A stretch of DNA of 64,000 nucleotides from Gemmatimonadaceae bacterium (GCA_040901985.1 JBBDYC010000007.1:1-64000); one strand, 5' to 3'; positions 8,551 through 22,054 are shown, counted from the stretch's first letter. Numbers and translations: made by a program. Notes: generated by a model not told the origin, from the sequence alone.

Positions 8551-9255
8551 TTACCCAGCCTCCCCGAATCCCTTCTCGCGGAGGCGGCAGGCGTCGCACC
8601 GGCCGCAGGGCGTGCCGTCAGGGGCAGGGTCGTAGCAGCTGGTCGTCATCGCGTAGTCCACGCCGAGGGTGCGGCCGGCGCGGATGATCTCGGACTTTCG
8701 CATCGCGATCAGCGGCGTGAGGATGCGGGTGCGCGCGCCACCCTCGACGCCGGCGCGCGTGGCGAGGTTGGCCATCCGCTCGAACGCCTCGATGTACTCC
8801 GGACGGCAGTCGGGATACCCGCTGTAGTCGAGCGCGTTGACGCCGATGAGGATGTCGGTCGCGCCGATGACCTCGGCCCACGCCAGCGCGAACGAGAGGA
8901 AGATCGTGTTGCGCGCCGGCACGTAGGTGATCGGGACTCCGGTGCCCGGGGCGGCGTCCTTCGGCACGGCGATGTCGGCGGTCAGCGCCGAGCCGCCGAA
9001 GAGGCGGAGGTCAATGTCGGCGACGACGTGCTGGGCGGCGTTCCAGGCCGCGGCGAGGGCGCGGGCGCGCTCGATCTCAATCCCGTGCCGCTGCCCGTAG
9101 CGGAACGTCAGCGCGTGCACCGCATAGCCGGCCTGACGCGCCATCGCGAGGACGGTGGCGCTGTCGAGCCCGCCGCTGAGGAGCAGCACCCCCGGCGTAC
9201 CCGGCGCGACCGGGGCGAGCGTCGGCGCGGGCGTCGGTGCGGGCGCGCCGGTCAT
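8551..9255 (-). CDS. queC: 7-cyano-7-deazaguanine synthase
   Basis: [27 protein letters not shown]...CGRCDAC. Confidence 0.96.
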   Translation of the reverse strand: MTGAPAPTPAPTLAPVAPGTPGVLLLSGGLDSATVLAMARQAGYAVHALTFRYGQRHGIEIERARALAAAWNAAQHVVADIDLRLFGGSALTADIAVPKDAAPGTGVPITYVPARNTIFLSFALAWAEVIGATDILIGVNALDYSGYPDCRPEYIEAFERMANLATRAGVEGGARTRILTPLIAMRKSEIIRAGRTLGVDYAMTTSCYDPAPDGTPCGRCDACRLREKGFGEAG

Positions 9256-10952
9256 TCGGTGCGCAGGCTCGCCACGATCTCCTTCAGGCGGACCGACCCC
9301 CGGAGGAGCGCGGTGGCGGCGCCCGACATCTCCTCGCAGGCGGCGCTCTGCTCCTCAGTCGAGGCGCTGACCTGCTGGGCGGCGGCGGCGTGCCCCTCGG
9401 CCGCGCGGGCGGCGGACGAGATCCCCGCGGCCGCGTCCTGGACCGCGGCGACGTTCTTGTCTGCGGTCTCGCCGAGCCCCACCGCGGCGGCGCGCGTCTG
9501 CTCCGCCGATGCGCCGATCGCCTCGAGGGCGCCGTCTATTCCCTGCGAGACGTTCTCGATCTCGGCGACCCGAGTGGCGCCGGTTTCCATCGCGCTGGTG
9601 GTGGTGCCGACCCGGCGGGTCACGATCGCGGTGAGCTGGACGACGTCGTCGGCCGCCTCCTGGGCCTGGTCGGCGAGCTTCCGCACCTCGTCGGCGACGA
9701 CGGCAAAGCCGCGGCCGGCGGCGCCGGCGCGCGCCGCCTCGATTGCCGCGTTGAGCGAGAGCAGGTTCGTCTGCTCGGCGATCCGGCTGACGATCCCGAC
9801 GAACTTGTTGATGTTCTCCGCCGTGGCGTTGAGCTCGCGGACCTCGGTCGCGGCGCGATCCACCGACTGCCGGATCTCGGCGAGGAGCGCGCGCGCGCGG
9901 GCGATCTCGGCCCGCTTCTCACGCGCCTGCCGTTCGATCTCGCCGGCGAGATCCACGACCTCCTCGGCGCCCGCCCGCACCTCGTGGGCGCGGAGGCGGA
10001 CCCCCTGCAGGGCGGTGTCGGCGTCGCGGAGCGAGGAGACCTGGACCTCGGCGCCCTGCGTCACGTCCGACATCGCGGTCGCGGTCTGGGTCGCCGCCAT
10101 CGAGACCTGTTCGGCCGCCGAGGTGAGCTGGTGCGCCGACGTCGCGACGTCCTCCGACGTCGTGGTCGCGACCGCCGCGATGCGCGAGAGATTGGCCGCC
10201 GAGTGGTTCATCGCGTCGGCCAACTCGCGAAACTCGCCCGGCAGCTCGGCGTGCGTGCGGACGTCCAGCTGGCCGTGACTCAGCGCGCGCGCGTGGCGAA
10301 CGAGCAGCGAAAGCGGTCCGGCGATGGACCGGACGGTGCTGATGACGATCAGGAGCGCAAGGATGATCGCCCCGAAGATGACGCCGAGGAGGAGATCCTG
10401 CCGCCGAGCGGCCAACTGCTGCATCTCGTCCGTGAGCTGGTCGAGATGGCGCGCGCGCATCTGTCCGAGCCGCGCGATGTCCGCCGTGAGCGCGGCCTCC
10501 GCGCCGCGGATAGCCGCCGCGCGCGCCTGCGCCGCCGCGGCGCGGCCGAGGTCGCGCATCCGGTGCGCCGCCGCGAGCGCCGACTCGATGGCCGAGAGCC
10601 GCTCGTCAATCTTCGCGACGAGGCCGATCTCGACGGCACTCAGGCCCGGGCTCGCATTCAGCCCGCGTTGCGCCTCGTGGGCCGCCCAGCCGGCACTGCG
10701 GAACACGACCAGGTCGGCCGCCTCGCCACGGTCGAGATAGCGGACCGCCGCGCCAAGTTCCTGGGCAACATTCGTCGTCAGCGCCGCCGTCAGCGCGGTC
10801 TCCCGGCGGACGGACTCCAGCGTGGTGCCCATCTCGCCGCTCAGGCCGGTGATGGCCGCGCGACCGACTCCGCCGGCGACGATGAGGAGCGCCCCGATGA
10901 GCGAGAAGCCGACGATGAGCCGGCTGCGGATCGTGCCGAGGAGCTGGTTCAT
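9252..10952 (-). CDS. Methyl-accepting chemotaxis protein
   Basis: Two TM segments, HAMP, and signalling motif [37 protein letters not shown]. Confidence 0.95.
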   Translation of the reverse strand: MNQLLGTIRSRLIVGFSLIGALLIVAGGVGRAAITGLSGEMGTTLESVRRETALTAALTTNVAQELGAAVRYLDRGEAADLVVFRSAGWAAHEAQRGLNASPGLSAVEIGLVAKIDERLSAIESALAAAHRMRDLGRAAAAQARAAAIRGAEAALTADIARLGQMRARHLDQLTDEMQQLAARRQDLLLGVIFGAIILALLIVISTVRSIAGPLSLLVRHARALSHGQLDVRTHAELPGEFRELADAMNHSAANLSRIAAVATTTSEDVATSAHQLTSAAEQVSMAATQTATAMSDVTQGAEVQVSSLRDADTALQGVRLRAHEVRAGAEEVVDLAGEIERQAREKRAEIARARALLAEIRQSVDRAATEVRELNATAENINKFVGIVSRIAEQTNLLSLNAAIEAARAGAAGRGFAVVADEVRKLADQAQEAADDVVQLTAIVTRRVGTTTSAMETGATRVAEIENVSQGIDGALEAIGASAEQTRAAAVGLGETADKNVAAVQDAAAGISSAARAAEGHAAAAQQVSASTEEQSAACEEMSGAATALLRGSVRLKEIVASLRTE

Positions 10953-12046
10953 CGCGCGCCCTCGGCCGGTGCGAGGGTGCCGTTGCGAATCCGCGTCATC
11001 ACGAACGACTTGCCGACCGGATCGCCGCTCGCGTGGAACGCCAGGGCGCCGGTGACGCCGGGGATGGCCTGCTCGGCCGTGCGGCCGGCGAGCCAGTCGC
11101 GGAGCGCCGTGCGGTCGGTCCCGACGGCCCGGATCCCGGCAACGACAATTTGGACGGCGTCGTAGGCGAGGGCGGCGTTGCCGTCGGGGTCCTCGGAGAA
11201 ACGCGCCCGGAAGGCCTCGACGAAGCGCTGGGCCTCGGGGCGGGAATCGAGCGAGGTGAAGGGTGCGCCGACCAACGCGCCCTCGGCGAGCACGGGGTCG
11301 GCTACCACGCCCGTCCAGCCATCGCCGCCGAGGAAGTCGGCACCCAGTTGTTGCCGCCGCGCCTCCCGGAGCAGGGCGAGCCCGGAGCGCTCCGTGCCGG
11401 CGACGAAGACCAGGTCCGGCCGGCGCTGCACGAACCAGGCGATATGGACGTCGGCGTCGGTACCGTCGGCGTCTATCGGGTCGAAGGTGATGACCTCGCC
11501 GCCGAACTGTCGCCGGAAGCTGTCGGCGAGTCCGCGCCCGTAGGTATCGTTTTCGTAGAGCACCGCGGCGCGGCGCTTGCCGAGCCGCTCGGCAAAACGC
11601 GCGAGGTCCACGCCGTTGGCCGAGTCCGACGAGATCACGCGGAAGACCCAAGGGGAAATCCCGGTGAGCGCCGCCGACGAGGCGGTGGTGGCCACCGCCG
11701 CGATGTGGCCGTCGTAGACCTTGGCGGCGGCGATCATCGCGCCCGAGGTCACGTGGCCGATCACCGCGCTGATTGCGGCATCGTCCACGAACTCCTGGGC
11801 AATCGCTGCGGCGCGCGAGCCGTCGCCGCCGTCATCGCGGAAGACGATCGTCAGCGGCTCGCCGTTGAGGCCACCGGCCGCGTTGATCTCGGCGAGCGCG
11901 AGCTCGGCGCCCCGTCGGTTCGCGGCGCCGAACCCCTCCTCGAACGGGCCGGCCATGCCCAGGGTGACGGGGCCGCGCTCGGAGCCACACGCGCCGACGA
12001 GGAGCGTGAGCGTGAGTGGCAGGACGGAGGAGCGAAACGGATTCAT
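10949..12046 (-). CDS. LivJ/LivK-type periplasmic binding lipoprotein
   Basis: Lipobox [28 protein letters not shown]. Confidence 0.9.
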   Translation of the reverse strand: MNPFRSSVLPLTLTLLVGACGSERGPVTLGMAGPFEEGFGAANRRGAELALAEINAAGGLNGEPLTIVFRDDGGDGSRAAAIAQEFVDDAAISAVIGHVTSGAMIAAAKVYDGHIAAVATTASSAALTGISPWVFRVISSDSANGVDLARFAERLGKRRAAVLYENDTYGRGLADSFRRQFGGEVITFDPIDADGTDADVHIAWFVQRRPDLVFVAGTERSGLALLREARRQQLGADFLGGDGWTGVVADPVLAEGALVGAPFTSLDSRPEAQRFVEAFRARFSEDPDGNAALAYDAVQIVVAGIRAVGTDRTALRDWLAGRTAEQAIPGVTGALAFHASGDPVGKSFVMTRIRNGTLAPAEGAR

Positions 12047-13167
12047 CGAGGTCGTTTGGTGGTGCGGGGGTCACGGCGCCGCGGGTGCGTGGCGCGCGCG
12101 GCGGGCTGTTGTTGCGTCAGGCAGTGCAGGGTGCCGAGCCCCCAGACGAGATCCACCGCGTGGATCCCGATGACGGCGCGGTCAGGCATCAACTCGGCCA
12201 GCGTATTCAGCGCCACCCGGTCGTTCGCATCGTTGAATGTAGGCACGAGCACGACCCCGTTGGCGACGTAGAAGTTGGCATAACTCGCCGGTAGCCGCGC
12301 CCCGTCCATCACCACCGCTCGCGGAAAGGGCAGGGTGACCGTCCGGATCGCCGCCCCCGAAGCATCGGTCGCCCCGCGCAGCCGCTTGAGGTTGTCGAGC
12401 GACCGGCGGTGATTCCCGTCGGAGGGATCCTCCTCGTGGGCGACCACCACCACGCCCGGCGCGACAAAGCGCGCCACGTCGTCCACGTGCCCGTGCGTGT
12501 CGTCGCCTATGCAGCCCTCGCCGAGCCAGATCGTCTTGGCGATCCCAAGTTCCTCGGCGAAGATCCGCTCGTAGTCGGCGCGGCCGAGCCCCGGGTTGCG
12601 GACCTGCACCTTGGAGAGGAGCCACTCCTCCGTCACGAGCAGCGTGCCCGCCCCGTCCGTCTCGATCCCGCCCCCCTCGAGGACCACGCGCCCCGTGCCG
12701 TCGGGTCGGATCGGCTCGTGGCGGGCGAGCTTGGTCTCGGCGGCAATCAGCGCGCCCACCCTCCGGTCGTGCGCGAAGTTCTCGTACTTGGCCCAAGCGT
12801 TGAAGTCCCAATTCACGAGTCGGCCGGCGCCGTCCGGTCCGAGCACCATCGTCGGCGCGGAGTCGCGCAGCCAGACGCGGTCGGTGGGGCAGCGGTGGAG
12901 GCGGTAGCGCGACTTCTTCACCTCGTGCATCTGCAGGCAGTGCCACGCCTGCTCCTCCACCACCCCGTCGTGGCAGAGGATGTGCACGTGTTCGTGCGCG
13001 CTCAGGGCGCGCACGATCTCGGCGTACACCCAGCGGATCGGCTCGAACTTCCCCGGCCAGTCCGGCTCGTGGTGCGGCCAGGCGATCCAGGTGGCGTCGT
13101 GTCGCTCCCACTCGGCGGGCCAGCGCACGCCAGACCCCGCCTTCGGCGGCTTTCGCGCGGCGGTCAT
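12043..13167 (-). CDS. aguA: Agmatine deiminase
   Basis: PAEWE, WLRDS, EGGGIE, DDTHGHVD, ASYANFY, GTLHCLTQQQP. Confidence 0.93.
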   Translation of the reverse strand: MTAARKPPKAGSGVRWPAEWERHDATWIAWPHHEPDWPGKFEPIRWVYAEIVRALSAHEHVHILCHDGVVEEQAWHCLQMHEVKKSRYRLHRCPTDRVWLRDSAPTMVLGPDGAGRLVNWDFNAWAKYENFAHDRRVGALIAAETKLARHEPIRPDGTGRVVLEGGGIETDGAGTLLVTEEWLLSKVQVRNPGLGRADYERIFAEELGIAKTIWLGEGCIGDDTHGHVDDVARFVAPGVVVVAHEEDPSDGNHRRSLDNLKRLRGATDASGAAIRTVTLPFPRAVVMDGARLPASYANFYVANGVVLVPTFNDANDRVALNTLAELMPDRAVIGIHAVDLVWGLGTLHCLTQQQPAARATHPRRRDPRTTKRPR

Positions 13168-13183
13168 CGCCAAAAAAGTGCGC

Positions 13184-14122
13184 TCACGACCCCAGCCAGC
13201 GCGCGAGGATCGGTTCGTAGGCGTCCACGCGCCGGTCGCGGAGGAAGGGCCAATGGCGACGGGTCTCCTCGATCAACGCCGGATCGCACTTGGCGATCAG
13301 CGTTGCCTCCTCGCCGCGCGCCTCGGCGAGCAGACGGCCGAACGGGTCGGCGATGAACGAATGCCCGAAGAACTCGATTCCGGCCGTTCCGGCCTCGGGC
13401 TCGAGGCCAATCCGGTTGGGCGCGGCGACGAAGACGCCGTTGGCGATCGCGTGTGCGCGCTGGGCAATGCGCCAGGCGTCCGCCTGCGCGGCGCCCCATT
13501 CGGCCTTCTCGACCGGGTGCCAGCCGATTGCCGTCGGATAGAACAGGATGTCGGCGCCGAGCAGCGCCGTGATGCGCGCCGCCTCGGGATACCACTGGTC
13601 CCAGCAGATGAGCACGCCGATCGTCGCGTAGCGCGTCTTCCAGACCATGAAGCCGCCCGCCTCGGCGTCAGGCCCGCGCGCGCCGGCCGGTTGTGCCGCG
13701 CCGTCCGATTCGCCGGGGGCGAAGTAGTACTTCTCCTCGAACATCGGGTCGTGTGGGATGTGCATCTTGCGGTAGGCGCCGAGCAGCGTCCCGTCCGCGT
13801 CAATCACCACCGCGCTGTTGCGGTAGACGCCCGGCGCCTGCATCTCGAAGAGCGGCACCACGAGTACGATCGCCAGCTCCCCGGCGAGCTGGCGCAGCGC
13901 GTCGGTCGTCGGCCCCGGCACCGGCTCGGCGAGGTCAAACCGCGACGCGTCGAGCGTCTTGCAAAAGTACGGCGCGTTGAAGAGTTCCTTGAGACAGACG
14001 ATCTGCGCGCCCCTGGCGGCCGCGGCGCGAATCCGCCCGATCGTCGCGGCAAGTGTGGCGGCGGCGGAATCGGCGACGCCGTCCTGGATGACGGCGACGG
14101 TGAACGACGGACGGGATGACAT
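13184..14122 (-). CDS. aguB: N-carbamoylputrescine amidase (carbon-nitrogen hydrolase)
   Basis: ELF, YRKMHIP, ICWDQWYPEAAR triad; adjacent to aguA. Confidence 0.88.
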   Translation of the reverse strand: MSSRPSFTVAVIQDGVADSAAATLAATIGRIRAAAARGAQIVCLKELFNAPYFCKTLDASRFDLAEPVPGPTTDALRQLAGELAIVLVVPLFEMQAPGVYRNSAVVIDADGTLLGAYRKMHIPHDPMFEEKYYFAPGESDGAAQPAGARGPDAEAGGFMVWKTRYATIGVLICWDQWYPEAARITALLGADILFYPTAIGWHPVEKAEWGAAQADAWRIAQRAHAIANGVFVAAPNRIGLEPEAGTAGIEFFGHSFIADPFGRLLAEARGEEATLIAKCDPALIEETRRHWPFLRDRRVDAYEPILARWLGS

Positions 14123-14140
14123 CCGCGGAATTTCGCCGGG

Positions 14141-15448
14141 TCAGTGCCGGATTGCTACCACGACGTCCATCACGTTCGTCCCGGTCTCGCGCGCCGGGAG
14201 GATGGCGTCGGCCGCCGCGAGGGCGCCGAACGCATCGCAACGCCGCAGCGCACGCGCCGGCGCGCCGCCGCGTTCGGCGCTCACGCGCCAGGTGGTTCCA
14301 TTGACGATCGCGCCGGCCGCCGGTGCCGGCCCGTCGCGGCCATCGGTCCCCGCCGCGAGCAGCCACGCATCGGCCGCGCGCCGTTCGTCGAGCACCTCGG
14401 CGGCGGCGAGCGCGAGCTGCTGCGACCGTCCGCCGAGCCCGTGGTCGCGTGGCAGCCGCACCGTCGTCTCGCCGCCCCAGACGAGGCAGCTCTGCGACGC
14501 GGCGCGGGCGAGCGTGTGGGCGAGGACGCGCCCCGCCGCCGTCGCGTCGCCCTGGAGGAGCGTGCGCGAGAGCAGCACCGGCGCGTAGCCGAGCGCGTGC
14601 GCACGCGCCGCCGCCGCGTCGAGCGCCGCGCCGTTTCCGACCACGAACGGCTCCTCGACCCGCGCGAACGCCGGACTCCCCGCCTTCGGCGTCTCGGCCA
14701 TCACCCCCGCCCGCATCGCCCCGAGCGTAGACGCCACCGAGAGCGGCACCTGCACGGCGATCCCGGCATCGCGCAGGATCCGCTCGACGTGCCAAGCGTG
14801 CAGCGCGTCGGGGGAGACCGGGCCCGACCCGACCATCGCCGGGTCCTCGTTGGGCACGTCGGCAAGGAGGATCGGGATGACTCGCTCGCACTCGAGCGCG
14901 GCGGCGAGTCGGCCGGCACCCCAGCGCGAGAAGCGCTTGCGCACCGCGTTCACGCGCCCAATCGGCACGCCCGCCCCGAGCAGGAGCGAGTGCAGGGACG
15001 CGAGATCCTCCTCCCTGACGCCGTCAATCGGCGCGCCGACGAGGCTCGACGTCCCGCCCGAGAGCAGGAGGAGCACGATGTCGTCGCGGCCGATCCGCTC
15101 GACGAGCGCGGTGAGACGCTCGGCCGCCTGGGCGGATCGCGCGCCGGGCACCGGATGGTCGCCGACCACCACTTCGATCGTCGCCGCCGGCGCGTCGGCC
15201 TCGACCGCCCCGATCACCAGCCCGCCGGCAATCGTCAGGCCACGCTCCCCACAATGCACGACGGCCGCCTCCGCCATTGCGGGAGCGGCCTTGCCCAGCG
15301 CGATGATCCAGTGCGGTCGGTCGCGCCCGAGTTCGAGCGGGACCTCCCGAGCCGCGAGGCCGTCGTGCACGGCCCGCGCCGGGTCGGCGGCGTCGAGCGC
15401 CGCCTCGAAGCACCCAATCAGGTCGGCGGCGACGTCGCGTTCGGCCAT
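14141..15448 (-). CDS. Glycerate 2-kinase (MOFRL/DUF4147 family)
   Basis: LGKAA, GDHPVP, LSGGTSSL, GGETTV, GTDGRDG, TGTNVMD. Confidence 0.88.
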   Translation of the reverse strand: MAERDVAADLIGCFEAALDAADPARAVHDGLAAREVPLELGRDRPHWIIALGKAAPAMAEAAVVHCGERGLTIAGGLVIGAVEADAPAATIEVVVGDHPVPGARSAQAAERLTALVERIGRDDIVLLLLSGGTSSLVGAPIDGVREEDLASLHSLLLGAGVPIGRVNAVRKRFSRWGAGRLAAALECERVIPILLADVPNEDPAMVGSGPVSPDALHAWHVERILRDAGIAVQVPLSVASTLGAMRAGVMAETPKAGSPAFARVEEPFVVGNGAALDAAAARAHALGYAPVLLSRTLLQGDATAAGRVLAHTLARAASQSCLVWGGETTVRLPRDHGLGGRSQQLALAAAEVLDERRAADAWLLAAGTDGRDGPAPAAGAIVNGTTWRVSAERGGAPARALRRCDAFGALAAADAILPARETGTNVMDVVVAIRH

Positions 15449-16017
15449 CAGCCTCCGGCGGCCCGCTTCACGGCCTCGCCGAGCTCGGTATAGGAATCTG
15501 CCGAGAGCTCGCGGAAGGGGCGCATCACGTGCGTCACCCGACCGTCGGGGCCGATCACGAAGAGCACGCGGCGCAGGACGTTCACCGCCGGCACCTTCAC
15601 GTCGTAGAGCCGACCGGCCACCGCGCCGGTGTCGCTCACGAAGGTGAGCGGAGAACCCTGCTCCCTGGCCCACTCGGCGAGTGTCGTCACGGCGTCGGTG
15701 CTGATGGCGAGCACGGTCACGCCTTCACCGCCGTTGAAGAGCGTCGCGTACTGGTCGCGATAGCTCTCCATCTGCACCGTGCAGCCGCGGGTGCGCGCCC
15801 GCGGATAAAAGGCGAGGACGACGGTCCGTCCGCGAAGGTCCGAGAGCCGGATCGGCGCCGCGCTCGGGCCGGCGACGGTCGCCGCGGGGAGGGTGAAGTC
15901 GGGAGCCAGGTCGCCGACCTTCGGACCGCCCTCCGGGGCCACGGCCTCTTGGGCGCCAAGGGTGGCGGCGGCGGCAAGGGCGCACGCCGCAACGAGGCAC
16001 TTCATTGAATTGGGCAT
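15448..16017 (-). CDS. Exported peroxiredoxin (BCP/PrxQ-like, 1-Cys)
   Basis: Signal peptide, VGDLAPDFTL, FYPRARTRGC (PxxxTxxC). Confidence 0.85.
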   Translation of the reverse strand: MPNSMKCLVAACALAAAATLGAQEAVAPEGGPKVGDLAPDFTLPAATVAGPSAAPIRLSDLRGRTVVLAFYPRARTRGCTVQMESYRDQYATLFNGGEGVTVLAISTDAVTTLAEWAREQGSPLTFVSDTGAVAGRLYDVKVPAVNVLRRVLFVIGPDGRVTHVMRPFRELSADSYTELGEAVKRAAGG

Positions 16018-16090
16018 ACCGAAGTCTGAAGGCGGAGGGGGAAGGGCGCAACGGCGGGGTGTCGTAACCCCACTTTGCGCTCGAAAATAG

Positions 16091-16117
16091 CACTATTGGG
16101 TCAATTGACCCATAGTG
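16091..16117. promoter_or_regulatory. Palindromic operator candidate TGGGTCAATTGACCCA
   Basis: Perfect 16-bp palindrome 16097-16112, extendable with a 1-nt bulge, in a divergent intergenic region. Confidence 0.55.
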
Positions 16118-16148
16118 TAAGGCCTCCCCGACCACAACGTTCCCGCCT

Positions 16149-16616
16149 ATGTCTGATCCGGAATCATCCGATGGGAGCAGTAGCGGACAGTCCAGAGTCC
16201 TCAACGTGTTGGCTGGGGAGTTCGCCACGCTCCTCCATAAGCTTGAATTCGCCGCCATTGTCCGCGACCCGGTGACGGCGGCGGTGATTGCCTCCAGCCC
16301 GGCGGCGGAGCAGGCGCTGCTCGCCGCCGACCCGGGGTCGGTGCGGGTGGCGTCAGGCCAGCTCGGCGGTTTCGCGATTCGCGTCGAGGCCGTCCGCGAG
16401 TCGGCCGACGAGCCAATCGAGCTGACGCCGCGCCAGTCGGCGGTGGCCGAGCTGCTCGGCGAAGGGCTCCGCAACCGGGAGATCGCCGTGAAGCTTCGGA
16501 TCAGCACGCACACGGTCCGGCGGCACGTCGAGTCCATCCTCCGGCGGCTGCAGGTTCCCAATCGCACCGCGGCGGCGGGCGAACTGCGCAAGGGACGCGT
16601 CCGGGTCCGCGGCTGA
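16149..16616 (+). CDS. LuxR-type HTH transcriptional regulator
   Basis: LTPRQSAVAELLGEGLRNREIAVKLRISTHTVRRHVESILRRL. Confidence 0.88.
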   Translation: MSDPESSDGSSSGQSRVLNVLAGEFATLLHKLEFAAIVRDPVTAAVIASSPAAEQALLAADPGSVRVASGQLGGFAIRVEAVRESADEPIELTPRQSAVAELLGEGLRNREIAVKLRISTHTVRRHVESILRRLQVPNRTAAAGELRKGRVRVRG

Positions 16617-16632
16617 CCGCCGGCGGCGCGCC

Positions 16633-17552
16633 CTAGTTCCCGGCCGGCGACGCCTCAAGCACGCGCAACACTCCCGGTAGGCTGGCGATCTCGACGGTAG
16701 GCGATTCGGCGCGCCGCAGCTCGCCGTCGAGCTCGCACCAGGGTGACTCACGGAACGTCACGGTGAATCGCGCGCCACTCAGCGCGCGCACGCTCGGGTG
16801 GTCGCGATGGGTGCCGCGCACGGCACGCGCGAGGAGGGGGAGTCGCCCGAGCCGCGTGCCGTCGCCGACGAGGACGGCGTCGAGCTTGCCGTCGTCCACG
16901 CGGGCATCGGGGGCAATGCGGAAGGTGCCGCCGAACTCCCGGCCGTTGGAGAAGACGAGTAGCAGGTGGCGGGTCCATTCGGCATCCGCGTCCCCGCCGG
17001 GAGTCGAGACGCGCGCGTCGAGTCCCGGGTAGCCGAGGAGTTCGGTGAGCGCGGCGGCCACGTAGAGGGCGGGTCCCCGCAGGAGCGGCAGCCGCGTCGA
17101 GCGCCGGAGCACCGCCACGTCGAAGCCGAACCCCGCCACGTTGAGGAACCAGTGGTCGTCCACGCGTCCGAGGTCCACGCGGCGCTCGGTCCCGCCCGTG
17201 GCGACGAGACGGGCCATCGCCGCCGCGTCGTGCGCCGGCGCCCGGATGTTCTTGGCGAAGTCATTCCCGGTGCCGGCCGCCAGGAACGCCATCCGCGCCG
17301 GCGCACCGGCCCGGGCAAGCGCGATGGCGCACTTCGACCACGTCCCGTCGCCGCCGGCCACGACGATCGTCCCGATGCCGTCAGCAATCGCCTCGTGAAC
17401 GAGCCGCGTCTCGTCGCCGGAGTGTTCGGTGCACCGCAGGTCGGTGAGGCCGTGCGCGGCGAATGCCGCGCGGATGGCGCCAATCGCCCGTGCCCCGCGG
17501 CCACGGCCCGACGCGGGATTCCAGAGGAGGCGGGCGGAGGGGACCGCCCATC

Positions 17553-17556
<4 letters not shown>
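16633..17556 (-). CDS. Diacylglycerol/lipid kinase family (YegS-like)
   Basis: NPASG, GGDGT, GTGNDFA, GFDV, DGE. Confidence 0.9.
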
Positions 17557-20309
<2,753 letters not shown>

Positions 20310-20323
20310 GGTGACAACTTACC

Positions 20324-21466
20324 TCATTCCTCGAGGACGGGCATTTCGAGCGTGCGGTGGCGCAGCGCGCCGTCGAGCGTGTTGACGCGGATCGCGTTGG
20401 TCGGGCACTGGTGCACGAAATCGCCGTCGGCGCGCGACCACTCGACCGGACTGTGCAGCACTTGGGCCTTGGCGTCGCGGTCCATCGCCATCATATGGGG
20501 CGCGAGGGTCGCGCAGAGCGTGCACCCGGTGCAGGCCTCCCGGTCCACCGTGATCTCGACGATCCGCCGAGGCCAGATCCCGCCGGCGAGGAGCGAGGTG
20601 CCGGCTCGGCCGAGGGCGTCGTTGGCGGCCTCGTAGCCGAGGGTGATCATCCGGTCCACGTGGGCGAAGCTGAAGAGGTTGTAGTGCCAGACGGCCGGTC
20701 GCACGAGCAGGAGCGGCGGCCCGCGCCAGTTGCTCAGTTGGAGCGACTGCAGGGACTTCATCATGATCTGCGCGGCCCGGATGTAGATGGCGGCGAACCC
20801 CTTTTCCCGGATCCGCCTCGCCCGCGCGATGTTCGTGCTGCCGACGTCCACCGCAATCACCGCGTCCATCCCGTGCGAGGCGGCGAGCGCCGGAACGTTG
20901 TCCACGATGCCGCCGTCGGCGCAGGTGCGGCCACCCACGCGGCCGGGTGGGAAGAAGCCGGGGAGCGCGCACGAGGCATAGACCGCCTCGGCAATCTTCA
21001 CCTGGTCGAGCCCGGCCAGCCCGAACAGCACCTGCGACGCGGCCTCGAGGTCCACCGTGTTCACCAGCAGCCGCTGGTCGAATTCGGCGAACGTCCCGCT
21101 GGGGACGATGTCCTCGACCAGCTTCTCCAGCGGTCGCGCGAGGTAGAGTGCCGGCGACAGCATCCGCTTCGTCACCATCCCGATGTGGTTGATGCGGAAG
21201 AGGTCCTTCTTCTGGAGCGCGCGCGCCCGTTCGGCCATCTCGCCGGTGGACATCCCGCCGGCATAGGCGGCGGCAATCAGCGAGCCGATGCTGGTCCCGG
21301 CGACGACGGTCGGCCGGATGCCGTGCTCCTCGAAGGCGCGCAGCACGCCGATGTGCGCGAACCCCTTGAGCCCGCCGCCGCCGAGCACGAGGGCGAGCTT
21401 GGGCGGCAGCGCGAGGGCGATCTCGCGGCGGCGCCCGGCGCCGACGCGCTCGGCGTCCGGCGTCAT
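20324..21466 (-). CDS. Patatin-like phospholipase fused to a C-terminal Fe-S ferredoxin domain
   Basis: GGGGLKG, GTSIG, DGG, then CTGCTLC...CPTNAI. Confidence 0.88.
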   Translation of the reverse strand: MTPDAERVGAGRRREIALALPPKLALVLGGGGLKGFAHIGVLRAFEEHGIRPTVVAGTSIGSLIAAAYAGGMSTGEMAERARALQKKDLFRINHIGMVTKRMLSPALYLARPLEKLVEDIVPSGTFAEFDQRLLVNTVDLEAASQVLFGLAGLDQVKIAEAVYASCALPGFFPPGRVGGRTCADGGIVDNVPALAASHGMDAVIAVDVGSTNIARARRIREKGFAAIYIRAAQIMMKSLQSLQLSNWRGPPLLLVRPAVWHYNLFSFAHVDRMITLGYEAANDALGRAGTSLLAGGIWPRRIVEITVDREACTGCTLCATLAPHMMAMDRDAKAQVLHSPVEWSRADGDFVHQCPTNAIRVNTLDGALRHRTLEMPVLEE

Positions 21467-21987
21467 CGCCGCCCCGCGCGATAGAGCGTCACCGACGTGT
21501 CGTCGAGGACGCGCGTCGCCGCGCCCGCCAACAGCCGGTGGGCCGTGGCGTGTTCGACGACCAGCACCGGCGCGAACGGCGTCGCCAGCCAGCTCGCGAC
21601 CACGAGGTCGAGCATCCGCGAGCCGTACGGCGGGTCGGCGAAGGCGACGTCGTAGCTCCCCGCCGCCAGCGCGGCGGCGAACGGCACGGCGTCCTTCTTG
21701 AAGATCCGCGTGCGGTCGCGCATCCGCAGCACGGCGATGTTCGCCTTCAGGGCGTGCAGGCTCGCCGGCCGCGTCTCGACGAAGTCGCACCGCCGCGCCC
21801 CACGCGAAAGCGCCTCGAGGCCAATCGCCCCCGTGCCGGCAAAGAGCTCGAGCAGGCTCGCGTCCGTGAGCTCGGCCGCCACGAGGTCGAGCATCGCCGC
21901 GCGCACGTGCTCCGCCGTCGGTCGCACGCGAAAGTCGTTCGGCGACGTCAGGTCGCGGCCGGCGTGCTTCCCGCCGACGATCCTCAC
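21463..21987 (-). CDS. rsmD: 16S rRNA m2G966 methyltransferase
   Basis: RIVGG, RPT, LFAGTGAIGLEALSRGA, DPPY. Confidence 0.9.
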   Translation of the reverse strand: MRIVGGKHAGRDLTSPNDFRVRPTAEHVRAAMLDLVAAELTDASLLELFAGTGAIGLEALSRGARRCDFVETRPASLHALKANIAVLRMRDRTRIFKKDAVPFAAALAAGSYDVAFADPPYGSRMLDLVVASWLATPFAPVLVVEHATAHRLLAGAATRVLDDTSVTLYRAGRR

Positions 21988-22054
21988 CGCCGATCCTCCG
22001 AGGTCGGATGCACGGCAATAAGGTAGCCAAGCCGGCCGACTCCCGGGCATCTTA

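Noticed and set aside
7862..9255. queC/queE as a 7-deazaguanine DNA-modification (dpd) or QatABCD defence system
   Set aside because: No dpdA/tgt-like, TatD or ATPase neighbours; both proteins look like ordinary tRNA queuosine enzymes in host-like DNA
15448..16017. Selenocysteine peroxiredoxin
   Set aside because: The active-site codon is Cys and there is no in-frame TGA
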